Source: Paragordius varius
Taxonomy: Eukaryota; Animalia; Nematomorpha
DNA length: 64,000 nucleotides
Reading direction: 5' to 3'
Assembly (NCBI GenBank): GCA_964247055.1
Contig: OZ176053.1
Location: 10,912,001-10,976,000 of the forward strand
Within the stretch, counting starts at the first letter, position 1. The number at the start of each line of letters is the position of its first letter. Position numbers and translations under genes: made by a program. Shown here piece by piece: positions 42,731 through 54,427 of the stretch. Under the pieces are notes generated by a model. It was not told the origin of the DNA. It did no database searches and saw nothing but the letters and a program-made list of their open reading frames with translations.

Positions 42731-43747
42731 CTAGTCTAAATCTCGTCCTGCTACGCAGCCCGAGGAAGTCCTTTGGACTTCTGGGGGGGGGGGGGGGCAT
42801 TTTTGATTTTATAAGCAATTTTGTTGTGCGGCACGAAGTTTTAAAATGATTCACATAATCTCATAAGTTTTCTGAAATTTGGCTCCAAAGGCATGCTGTA
42901 TCGATATGAAGGCGCAGTTGTAGGCAGGTAGCCCCCTACGCAGAGTCCAATATAAAAATATAGTTAGATAAAAAAATTTGCCTTTTACCTGGAATCATCG
43001 TTCATTCCTAATAGTTTATGGAAGAATGGCTTCAAAATTAAGTAATAGTTCAATGATAGCGCATTTTTTAGAGAGTAAAGTGCCTATTCAACGGCTAATT
43101 CATAAAATCCGCTCGACTAAAATTTTTAATTTTTTACGGGTAATACCTTAGCTATTGAACTCATATAACCTGATAGGTTTTCTGAAATTTATCCCCAAAA
43201 GCACGCGATTTCGATATGACAGGTCAGTTTTTCGCGGGTAGCTCCTTACCCAGCAGCTATCATCAAAGAAATGCTTGACTATTTGCCTTTTAACAGGGAA
43301 TAAGTAGAATCCTTATTGAATTTTTACGGTCTTATACCTTAGGCGAAAAATAGATTTAAAAAATTATTTTTGTGGACTTTGTTTTTTTTAAAAAAATGCC
43401 ATTTTACGGGGGGAACGGGTAAAAAGAGGGCATAAATTAAAAAAGCGAGACGACTATGTTCGGCACAATCAAAAATAAGTAAACAAAAATCATATTTGAA
43501 ATTGAATGGTACAACACGTTTTCGGGAAAACTGTCCGAAAGACCCGATTTTTGTGGACTTTTTTTAAAAAAACCGTTATTCACACGGGGTGGGCCCAAAC
43601 TGGGGGCCTAATTTAAAAAAGGGCGAAGCTATTGTCGGGGCATTTATTAATGATTATATTTTTTGGATGTTTGGATTTGAATGGATGTACTGGTTTTCCT
43701 GAAACAGATCACAAAGCCAGCGTTTCCCATTTTTATAAATATATAGA
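42731..43747 (-). mobile_element. Non-autonomous Helitron with both termini intact
   Basis: Minus strand reads A|TCTATATATTTATAAAAATGGG...hairpins...CTAG|T. Confidence 0.85.
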
Positions 43748-44601
43748 TTTACATGAATGTTTGAATGCGAATAAATTTAGTTTCATATATATATATCTAT
43801 ATTTATTTAATAGTTTAAAATTTATATGACTGTCCTTATCTATGGTGTTTACGTTGCAACGTTTGTATTTTTTTACCAAATTCTTTTATTGGCTTTCAAA
43901 AGAGGAGGGGAGAAGGGAACGCCTGCGCCGCAAATGCTCGGGCCATTGTTTAACATTCTCAGAAAATTTAAAATGATTAGATTTGTTCATAAATTGACAA
44001 TTTTAAATTTTTTAAATAAATAATTGTCCAAATATGAGCTAAGAAAAATTTATAAATCACAATTAAAACATCTTGATTTTATGTAAACTAACAAATAAAA
44101 TAACATGCAATATTTTATAATTATCCTTGAGATTCTTATGTACACTGGTCCAAAATTGGGTTCAAAAAAATAAGCTGATGAAATATATATATTCTGGGAA
44201 AATATATCAGGATTATCATGGTGCTATTGGTTTTGGCTCTTACGAGCGATATAAGATAGTTATTTTTACTTTTTTGCTAAGTGATCTATATCAAAATGGC
44301 AAAATTTGTCTACATTTTTTTAAATTTATTTTTTTGGCAAAAGCTAAATTCTTTATTCCAAAAATATCACAAAGTCCCATTTTTTCCCTATTTTAAAATG
44401 GGCAAATATTTTTATTGAGTATATGCTAAATTTTGAAGCTAAAAATATTTTTAAAAAAATGCATGCTTTTTTTAATTTATTTTGGCAAAATTTTGTTGAA
44501 GCTTACTTTATATTAATTTGAGGTGTGGAAACAGTGGCGGAACTATATGTGGGCCCCGCCATAAGATTTACCCTCAGACCCCTTCTTCCCAAATCTATAT
44601 A

Positions 44602-45939
44602 TATACCATTTCCCAGTCAAAATATTCCCAGTCAATCGAAACATTTTCCCAATCAATCGAAACGTTTTCTCAGTCAATCGAAACGTTTTCCCAATCAGTC
44701 GAAACATTTTCCCAGTCGAAACGTTTTCCCAGAAAATAAAAACGCCAGTCAATAAAAACGGTTTAATCTTTGATTATAAATATCAAAACAATATATAAAA
44801 ATAACTTTTAACCATTATCAGCGCAATATTAGGATATTTTTATAAAAACACAATTATTGAATGACAATTTTTCCATATTTCAATGGACAATCATTAATGA
44901 CATATTCTTTAAAAGTTATAATTTTTGGTTGTATTTTTAAGATAATATTTTTTATTTTATTGAAGGTTCGCATTAATAGTTTGCGGCTAACTTATAAAAT
45001 CTATAGTTACGGATGAAATAATAAAATTTATAAAAATATACCATTTTTATCTCAAACACTTCATATGGCTTAAACATGAATTTTATTCTAATTTAATAAT
45101 ATTTATCATTTGGTCCATAGGGGGCCTAACGCGGCCTTCCGAGCATCTTTGTGCGGCCCGCTAAAAATTTAGAAATCCATATGCAAAAATATGGACACAA
45201 AATCTTAGTATCATATTTCCTACGCAATTATTCTGAATAAGTCTATTAAATTGGCAACGAATTGAAAAAAAATTCAATGCGGAACGCCGTGCTTTTTGAG
45301 TTAAAAATCCGGCCCGCGAAGCCATTGTGGTAGACTTTTTTATAAAATATTTTTAAAGCAAAAGCATTTTTATCTAAAAAACATGTTTTCTTTAGATATT
45401 TTTTTCCGACAGTATTTTTATCCACAATATGTTAAAGATCCAATTTGAAGCGTTAAATAACCAATTAGAGATGATGGTATATTTTAAATTTTATAAATTA
45501 ATCCTTAACTATAGATTTTATAAGTTAGCCGCAATTATTAATGCGAACCTTCAATAAAATAAAAAATATTATCTTAAAAATATCTCAAATCCAAAAAATA
45601 TAGCTTTTGTAGAATAAGTCATTAATGATTGTGCATTAGAATGTAATAGGAAAAATTGTATTCAATAATTGTGTTTTTATAAAAAATAAAATCTTATACG
45701 CTGATAATGGTTAAAAGTTATTTTTATATCTTCTATTGATATTTATCTTAAAAAATTAAACCGTTTTTATTGACTGGAAGTTTCGATTGACTGGGAAAAT
45801 GTTATTGACTGGGAAAACGTTTTTATTGATTGGGAAAATGTTTCGATTGACTGAACGTTTTGATTGACTGGGAAAACGTTTCAATTGATTGGGAAAATGT
45901 TTCGATTGACTGGGAATATTTTGACTGGGAAATGGTATA
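44602..45939. mobile_element. TATA-flanked foldback element with about 450-bp inverted arms and subterminal 21-bp repeats (ttcccagtcaatcgaaacgtt); hAT MITE in the spacer (about 45115-45330)
   Basis: Arms at about 44602-45055 and 45465-45939 are reverse complements; termini TATA|CCATTTCCCAGTCAA. Confidence 0.85.
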
Positions 45940-45940
45940 C

Positions 45941-46350
45941 TATACCATTTGCACTTCAAGAGTGTCCTTGAACACTTCAAGTTGATCCTTGAACATTGTC
46001 CTTGAACAGTTCAAATTGGTCCTTGAACAGTTCAAGTTGGTCCTTGAATATTTCAAGTTGGTCCTTGAACAGTTCAAGTTGGTCCTTAAACACTTCAAGT
46101 TGGTCCTTAAAATTTATAAATTTTGATTTAACCATAATTTTTGCATTTATTTTTTTATTTTATTATTTATTAATCTAATTTTCTTTATTTATTATACATT
46201 TATTCATTTAAAAATAAAAATTTTTTTTGTAAAACCACTTTTTTGTTTCAAACTATTTTTTTTTCAATTGAACAAAATTATTGACTTTTAAATGTTTTTA
46301 AGGAAAAACTTTAATTAATAACCCAGAAAACGTATATATTTTTTAATTTC
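45941..46350 (+). mobile_element. Left arm of a foldback (ttcaagttggtccttgaacac repeats), directly abutting the previous element
   Basis: Starts TATA|CCATTTGCACTTCAAGAGTGTCC; colinear with 48863-49135. Confidence 0.75.
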
Positions 46351-46652
46351 GTGTTACACCAAAATTTAAATATTTATTGTGTTAAGGAAAAATAAAATTT
46401 TGTAAATATTTGCACATATGCCATCTAGCTAGTATTATTAAAAACATATTCATTCCATAAAAATTTTAAAAAACATGTATCAATTAAAGTATTTCAAATT
46501 TTTATATTTTCAGAAATGTAGCTATTTACAATTAAACGCTTTTTAAAGCCACTATTAGCGGGATTAAGTCACGTATGTCTAACAAATGAAGCGAATACTT
46601 TACAAATGTTTATCTATTTTCAAATTATATCTTTCTTAAACTGTAATTATAG

Positions 46653-47123
46653 AAGCAAGAAAACTAAAAAATGTATTACACTGATAAGATATTTATTATT
46701 ATTTTCTCCAAATCCAATAAAATGGTAAAAAAACAGAGTAAAAAAATAGGAAAATACACCATAGCATGTACAAACATGTTTAATATAAACGCGTAAATTT
46801 AAAAAAAAAATCCAAAATTATATTGTGAACATTAAAATTGCAAAAATTTTAACAGGTGTATAAAAATTGTTCATTGCGAAAACGGTTGTCATGAGTCATT
46901 GCAGCGGCATATTGCTTGGAATGAACCTAATGTGTACAAAAGTTATTTAATGAAAAATTGGTAAATTCATCAAAATTGAAATAATTTGGTTAAAAACTTA
47001 AATATCCAACTAATTTTTAGGAAAAAAATTGTAAATAATATTTACCCGAAAGTTCAAAGGTATATCACTGGGCAGGTTGAGCCTTTCTCGTATCTTTTTG
47101 CTAAAATATTTGAAAAAATATAA
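46653..47123 (+). CDS. Possible exons of an unrecognised gene
   Basis: Three consecutive open GT-AG exons, all phase 2 (46653-46724, 46856-46960, 47021-47123): ...CIKIVHCENGCHESLQRHIAWNEPNVYKSYLMKNWKKIVNNIYPKVQR. No start found and no homology recognised. Confidence 0.3.
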
Positions 47124-47401
47124 TATCTATAAATGCAAAGTAACCAACTATTTACAAACAAAAAAGCAAGGATCAAATATAATAAATTACTTATTAATAT
47201 CCATTTCGATTCTCATATCTAAAAGGCTAATCTTATTTTAAATTATAGGTGCCATAAATTCAGTTTTAAATAATTTTAAATATTTTAGTATCCAACAACA
47301 ACTACTAACAGTATTTACAAAAGCATTATGCTTCTAAAAAATTTAACTGAAAATTCAAAAATAGATGCACTAAAAGTCATTTAATAATAATTATTATCTT
47401 A

Positions 47402-48328
47402 CTAGCGTAAATCTAGTGGCAGCCCGAGGAAGTCCTTCAAACTTCTGGGGGGGGGGTCTATTTGAAAAAAGGGACACTAAAATGATCCACATATGTGGAT
47501 TATTTCGAAACATTATTTAATAACTATGATCTCATAGAAAACGGTGCATTCATACTAATATACCGTATACTTGGGCGAAAAATAGATTCAAAAAATTCTT
47601 TTTGTAGACTTTGTTTTTTTTTAAAAAATGGCATATTACGGGGGAAGCGGGTAAAAAGAGGGCCTATATTAAAGCGAGCTGACTATGTTCGGCGGAATCG
47701 AAAATAAGTAAACAAAAATTATATTTGAAATTGAATGGTCCAAACGTTTTCAGGAAAAATGTCTCAAAGACACAATTTTGTGAACTTTTGTTTTCAAAAA
47801 AAAACCCGTTTTTTACACGGGGTGGGCCCAAACTGGGGCCTAATTCAAAAAAAGGGCGATCATCTAAGAAATGCTTGTCTAAAATTTTTGCCTTTTAACA
47901 GGGAATACGTGGAATCCTTATTGAATTTTTACGGTCTCATAACTTGGGCGGAAAATAGAATCAAAAAAATATTTTTGTGAACTTTCTTTTTTTGAATAAA
48001 TGACATATTACGGAAAAGCGGGTAGAGAGCCAAAATTAAAAAAGCGAGCCCACTATGTTCGGCGCAATCTAAGTAAACAAAAATTATATTTGAAGAATGG
48101 TCCAACAAGTTCTCCAAATTATGTCAAAGACACGATTTTCGTGGACTTCTGTTTAAAAAACCCGTTTTTTACACAGGGTGGGTCCGAACTGGGGGCCTAA
48201 TTCAAAAAAAGGTGAAGCTATTGTCGGGGCATTCATTAATGATTATATTTTTTCGATATTTGGATTTGAATGGGTTTACCGGAAACAGATCACAAAGCCA
48301 GCATTTTCCATTTTTATAATTATATAGA
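47402..48328 (-). mobile_element. Non-autonomous Helitron with both termini and an internal duplication
   Basis: A|TCTATATAATTATAAAAATGG...CTAG|T; 47570-47850 resembles 47950-48210. Confidence 0.85.
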
Positions 48329-48862
48329 TTTAAAAACTTTTGATATATAAAATTTAAAAATTTATTTATCCTAAAATAAATACAGAATTATCGAATAGAT
48401 GTTTGCTCGAAATTGCCAATCAAACAATTTTTTTCGATTTCAGAATGTTATGTAGACCAGAGAGTACTAACGGTTGGGTTTTATTGGGTATATTTTTTTG
48501 TTAATTTATATTTCCACCATTGTATAAGCCCTTTCGATTGTAATAACAATGCATATAGATTGGTGGTAAATATGATTGTTAAAGGTAAATATTTTGTAAA
48601 ATTTAGATCAATTTATTAAAATGTTTTCGATTAGATGAGGCATATTTATATGATAGAATGTTTTAGAGCCATGTATGTACATTTCGGTACACAATAAATA
48701 AATTTATCTTGCATTTTTTTTGACAATTGATATTTTCCCATAGAAAATATTACTCAATTGCAAACATGATTCAATATGTCACAAATGGTCATCTTTTAAA
48801 CTCAATCTCAAAAGTAATTCCATAAAATCTCTAAAGAATTCGTATTGTTACAGTTAGGAATA

Positions 48863-51800
48863 TATATCATTTGCACTCCAAGAGTGTCCTGAAACACTTC
48901 AAGTTGGTCCTTAAATTTTTTAAATTTTAATTCAACCATAATTTTTGCATATATTAATTAATTTTAGTATTAACTTTCTTTTAATATATATTTATTCATT
49001 TAAAATAAAAAATTTTATTCAAAATTTTACAATTTAACAAAATTATTAACTTATAAATGTTTTCAATGAAAAATTGTAAATAATAACCCAGAAAACTTAT
49101 ATATTTTTTAATAACTTGTTAAAATCTTATAAACATCCAAAATAATTTCATCCATCCATCCATCCATTTTAGATCCCAGGGTATCTGGGGTTTCCATGCA
49201 CCAACTTTCTGAACAATGTTCTATCAAAGACTTGTTCGTGTTCAATATTGAAGTGTGATAGATCTTGGGTCAGCTGTTTGGACCATGTGAGTTTAGGGCG
49301 GCCTTTTCTGTTTGGGCCGGGTATATTTAAATGTTGTATTTTTTGTACCCAGTTATCGGGATTCATACGTTGAATATGTCCGTAATATCGCAAACGATTG
49401 CGCTGAATGAATAGAGCTATGGGTTCATCTTCTTCTATGGTATTATCAAAATTATTGTTGCAGATTTTGAGCATGTGATTTTCAGCTCTAGTAAGTCTAT
49501 TTAGGTCTGTTGCTGTAAGGGCCCAGGTTTCTGTAGCGTATGTCATAGCTGGTCTTATTCCCATTTTGTAAATCTTTATCTTATGATTCGATTTGATATT
49601 TTTATTAGTTAAAATATATTTTAATTGATTGAATTTGGCCCATCCTTGTCTAATTCTATGAGCAATGGCATCCCTCAAAGAACCATCAGATGCTATATAA
49701 TCGCCCAGATATGGAAAAGATGTTACAACTTCTAGTTTGTCTCCATTAAAGCTTAAAGTACGTGGATTCGATATTGGCAGTGGTATTGATAAAGTACATG
49801 GTGTGCAGATAAAATTATTATTATTAATTAACTTTCCTTTTATGTTGGAACATTTTTTATGGACCCAGTTTCTGCATGTACAACAAAGTGAGTTTAGTTT
49901 TACCTCAGTGGTGCACACTGGGCATGGGATTATAGTTTTATGTTCATCTCCTGTGATTAGAATTTTAGATTTGTTTGTATTGATTTTAAGACCGTGTTTA
50001 TGAAATGTTTTGACCATATAAGATATTTATTTTCGAGTATTGAAATATCTTCTGCAGTGATTATGAGGTCGTCTGCGTAAAGACTTTCATATGGCAGACC
50101 TTCTCTAATATCTTTTGTTATGTAATCAATTATAGCTATAAAAAGAAGTGGGCTAAGGATAGACCCCTGATGCAGCCCTGTATTTATACTAAAATACTCT
50201 AAATTCCCAACAGGTGTAAGAACACAACTGATTGAGTTAGTGTAGATTAACATAATTAACTTATGGTATATTCATCTACGTTGTTGTAGCGCAGTGATTT
50301 TATTAGTGCTCTATGTACTGAGTCGTAAGCCTTTTCTAAATCGACAAAAAGGTGAAATAGTTTACGACCTTTTGCTCGGTATTTATCTTGTAATTGTCTG
50401 AGTAAGAAAATTGGACCGATTGTGCTTTTGCCTGCTGAAAAGGCGAATTGCATTGGATTAATTGATATGAGCTGGACGATACGATTTTTGAGGCACATTT
50501 CGAAAATTTTTAACCCATGTTCAAGAAATTTTAAGGGCCTGTATGAGGAACAGGTTAGGATATCTCCTTTATTTTTGAAGATGGGATATATAGTGCTTTT
50601 TTCCCAGTCTGTGGGTATTTTCATTACTATTATTTTGTTAAATAATTTTGTTAGAAGCATGGATATATTGGGTATTAATTTAATGATATCAAAACATAGT
50701 TCACTAGGGCCCGAAGCCTTGTTTGATCTCATTTGGTCTAAAGCAATCTCAATTTCTTGTATTGTGAATATCCTTAATGGACCACAACAGGGATCTCTGT
50801 CAGAATTTATTATGGGTGTTAAAGGGTTGTTTAGATTTTGCTCCATATATTTTTGCCATATGGATTTAATTAATTCTGGTTGTATTTGTAAATTATTATT
50901 ATTATCTTTTATACATTTAATCGTTGGTATATCTTTTATTATTATTGTAAAGTTTCATATGTTTAAAAATTTTATTATTTTGGATTTCCTTTTCCAATTT
51001 ATCGGCAGTATCTTTAGCCTTTTCATTCATTAATTTATTTATTTCCTTTTGTACCTTTTTGTTGTATTTATAATACTCAGTTTTGTCGTATTCTGTTTTC
51101 GATTTCTTCCATTTTTTATACAAACGCGCCTTTTCTTTAAGTAATGGCTTAATTGCATCGTCCCACCACCATTTCTTTTGGGCTTTGCTCTTTCTTCTAC
51201 CACACCATTTTTCTACATTTTCAATTGTTTATTAGACTTTGCCAGGAGTCTTCAACGTTTAGATTATCAATGTTTAAGTTAAGCGACTTTTTGAAATTTT
51301 TCATTATATCAGGTTTTTTAAACTTGTGTATATTAAATCTAGGTTTGGTTTTATGATTAAAAGGCCTTGAGTTAAATTTGAAAATTGATGTTAAAACTTT
51401 ATGCTGTGTTTCAGAGTTATAAGTGGTTGTATTTACCAGATATTTTCGAATGTGTTGGCTAGTTAGGATGTAGTCTATTGTTGTATTATTATTGCCAGAA
51501 GTGTATGTAATCAGTTTATTTTTGCTTTTGGTGAACAAAGTGTTTGCTAACTGTAGTCGCTGAGCTGCACAGAATTCTAAGCCATTTTCTCCTTCTTTGT
51601 CCCGATTATCAAAGTTGTTTCCTCCATGTATACCAGAAAAACCTTCACTGCTTCCAACATGTGCATTTAAATCTCCTCCAATCATTATACAGTCTGTTTC
51701 GGGTATATTGGAACATATTTGATAGAGCTGATCCCAAAAATCCAGCTTGCATTTATCGGGCAAGCCTTTTTGGGGTGCATATACGGAAATAACATTGAGG

Positions 51801-52800
51801 ATCAATTTGTTGTATATCATTCTAGCTTGAATAATTCTATCACTGTGCCGGGTGACGGTAATTAGGTTTTGTCGATGTGTATCTTTCATCATTATGGCGA
51901 CGCCAGATTGTCATTTGTTCCCACCTTGGTAAAGTAATGAATAACCATCAAAGTGTTTTATACCTCCATTTTTATATCGAGTTTCTTGTAAACAGCATAT
52001 GTTTACATCTAAGTTTCGCACCGTATCTATTACCAGCCATTGCTTATTAACCATTGTTCCAAAATTCAAGAGCCAGTTTTAAATGGTTCCGATATAGATT
52101 TGAAGTTTTTATTTAGATTCTTGTATCTTATTTTTATTTTTGGTTGTTCATTTGTATCTGGTTTATTTATTATTGTTTTTGAATTATTTTTATTTCTATT
52201 ATTTATATAATTTGTATTTATAGGTGTAGTAGCATTGTCATAATATATATTATCATTTATATTAAAATTAAAATTTCGTTTTGAAATAGAGGTTTTATTA
52301 TCATCAATCATTTTTGTAAGTCGTTTCTTCATGGTTTTGTAATTGAGGCAAGGTTTTACGGATTATATGCCCTTATAAACCAACCCCTTTAACTCAGAGG
52401 TGAGGGTACCTTATTCGCTGCACCAGGCTAGAGAATGTCTAAAAAGACTACGATTTTCTCAAATCGACCTCCTCCGTTGGACTTACACATCGTGTAAGTT
52501 TCCGGACATCCCCACGCGGAGGTGGAGGTAGGATTTTGATGTCCCAAAATAATTTCAAGAAATTAATAATGATATACGGTTTTTCAATGATTAAAAGTTA
52601 TCATAAATAATAAAAAATAGGAATACGATAAAATGGATGAATAATATAATACTATTTGATTGATAAAAGTTAAAAAAAAACAAAATGTCAAAAGACCATC
52701 TTGAAATGTACAAGGACCAACTTGAAGTGTTCAAGGACCAACTTAAAAAGTCAAGGACCAACTTGAATGTTAAGGACACTCTTGAAGTGCAAATGGTATA
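48863..52800. mobile_element. About 530-bp TATA-flanked foldback MITE split by a LINE insertion
   Basis: TIR (C/T)CATTTGCACT(T/C)CAAGAGTGTCCT at 48867 and, inverted, ending at 52796; TATA flanks. Confidence 0.8.
49151..52543 (-). mobile_element. Full-length but frameshifted RTE-clade non-LTR retrotransposon (APE endonuclease + RT)
   Basis: 14-bp TSD CCAAAATAATTTCA at 49137-49150 and 52544-52557; (TGGA)n 3' tail. APE motifs CCLQET, GGDLNAHVG, TIDYIL and RT motifs FVDLEKAYDSV, GLHQGSILSPLLF, LYADD are spread over ORFs 51221-51892, 50256-50846, 49957-50253 and 49169-50017. Confidence 0.95.
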
Positions 52801-53279
52801 CGAACTAACAAAAGCCCAAATATTGAAATCCGACAGACATTAATATATAAAAATTTGGCATGTGATCAATCCGCCACTCCAAATTTTATGCAGGATGTTA
52901 TATATATGTATTAAAATTAATATATTGCAAAAGTTAAAGTTATTTTTCCAGTTTTCTCCAAGATATAAATAAAATAATGTCCTACAATCTAACGGTTAAA
53001 ATTAATAAAATCAAAGTTATGTTGGATTCGTTCGATTGGATACATATACAATGAAATGCGCTAAGATATAATTATAATAAAACAATTATAAAATTTAAAT
53101 TGGGACGCAAACAAAATAAATGTATAAAAGCACTATTATGAGTAATATTAAATAGCGACATATATAATAAAAATTTGACATTTGGCTTATACATATTAAG
53201 GAAATGAAATAATATTAACAGAAATAGCGAACCAAATTTTAAACAAACAAACAAACAAACAACCCATCACAGAAAAACA

Positions 53280-54353
53280 ATTATATAGTAAATCCGAATT
53301 TAAAATGGCAGGGCATATTGAAGATTTTTTCGAACATAAACTGTACAAAAAAATAATTGATACAAGGACTAACTAAATTTGGCACATTTTAAATCTACGT
53401 GGTCCGAAACCATAACAAATTACCTAAAAAGCACGATTCAAATATTTGAGCTCACCAATTTTGAATTATTTGAGAAAACATCCCCTCCCGTAGAACGATA
53501 TCCAGTAGCAAACTCTCCAATCGAGTGAAATAAAAATTCAAAAAATATTTATGCTATAAATTAGATAATATGGGTTTGCTTTATTTTATCGCAAATATAT
53601 GTGCCATTTCTTATTTTTTTTACAATACATTTTAAACACTATGTACAATTTGTTAAAGTAAGAAAATTAGATATAAAATTTTAATTTAAATTACCCAATA
53701 AATACAACGGCTTTATCGTCAGAAACATCCCCAACCCAAAGAGAAATGCGCTTATTTTTAGGTCTCATTTGGATAACAGCTCCATTTATTTTGTCGGCGT
53801 ATTCGTCAAATCCTTCTCCAATCATCAACAAAAGCTAATAGTTTAAAACAGAAAATTATCTATTTTCCAAATTTTTAAATTGAAAATTAAAAATACGATT
53901 TTAATTTTACCAAATCCATCCAATAATCATCAACTTGTGAATCGTCATATCGTTTATAATCAAATTCCCAATGTCCACCAGACATATTACTTTTATCCTC
54001 CCACAATGGTTTTATACCATTCTATAAATGTTATATAAGGTGTACCTTAAAAAAATTGTAATCGCATCTAAAGGTTAATTTGCTCGGAAGTTCTATATGA
54101 TTATATATGCTTTATATAAATGATTTTTAGCTTACGCCCAAAAATCTTCTACAGTATCAAAGGTTGCCACTTCCTTTAAACAATCTTCCCAATTTAGACC
54201 TTTGTCTTGTCTTAAATACCAAAAAGCCCAGGTATGTTGAAGTGGATGTTTTTCTAAGGGTGCTTTATTATCATTCCCTTCCTTAGAAACAGCAAGATTT
54301 GAGGATACAGGTGTTTCAATCTATTACATATTAACAAAAACGATTACCATCAT
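53280..54353 (-). CDS. EIF4E: Eukaryotic translation initiation factor 4E (class I); last exon unresolved
   Basis: Exons 54353-54348, 54320-54136 (KHPLQHTWAFW...NWEDCLK...FDTVEDFWA), 54109-54046, 54021-53911 (NGIKPLWEDKSN..GGHW) and 53834-53695 (MIGEGF...GAVIQMRPK..RISLW). Probable final exon begins at 53340. Confidence 0.92.
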
Positions 54354-54427
54354 TAGTTTTCAGTGTGCGTTCTATATTCTGATAACTTCTAATTAAGTTA
54401 TTAAAATTTCATACACACATCAACCAA

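Noticed and set aside
44518-46178. Repetitive ORFs (SQSIETF..., SSWSLN...)
   Set aside because: Translations of subterminal tandem repeats of foldback elements.
47060-47075. 16-nt GT-AG interval as another mini-intron
   Set aside because: Not required by any homology, the frame reads through it, and the host gene itself is doubtful.
47495-48200. Several 60-80 aa ORFs (also 32703-33025 and 43632-44396)
   Set aside because: Non-coding Helitron or dispersed-repeat interiors; no Rep or helicase motifs.
50422-51033. 203-aa plus-strand ORF (also 49737-50003 and 51544-51792)
   Set aside because: Antisense to the RTE reading frame; no independent features.
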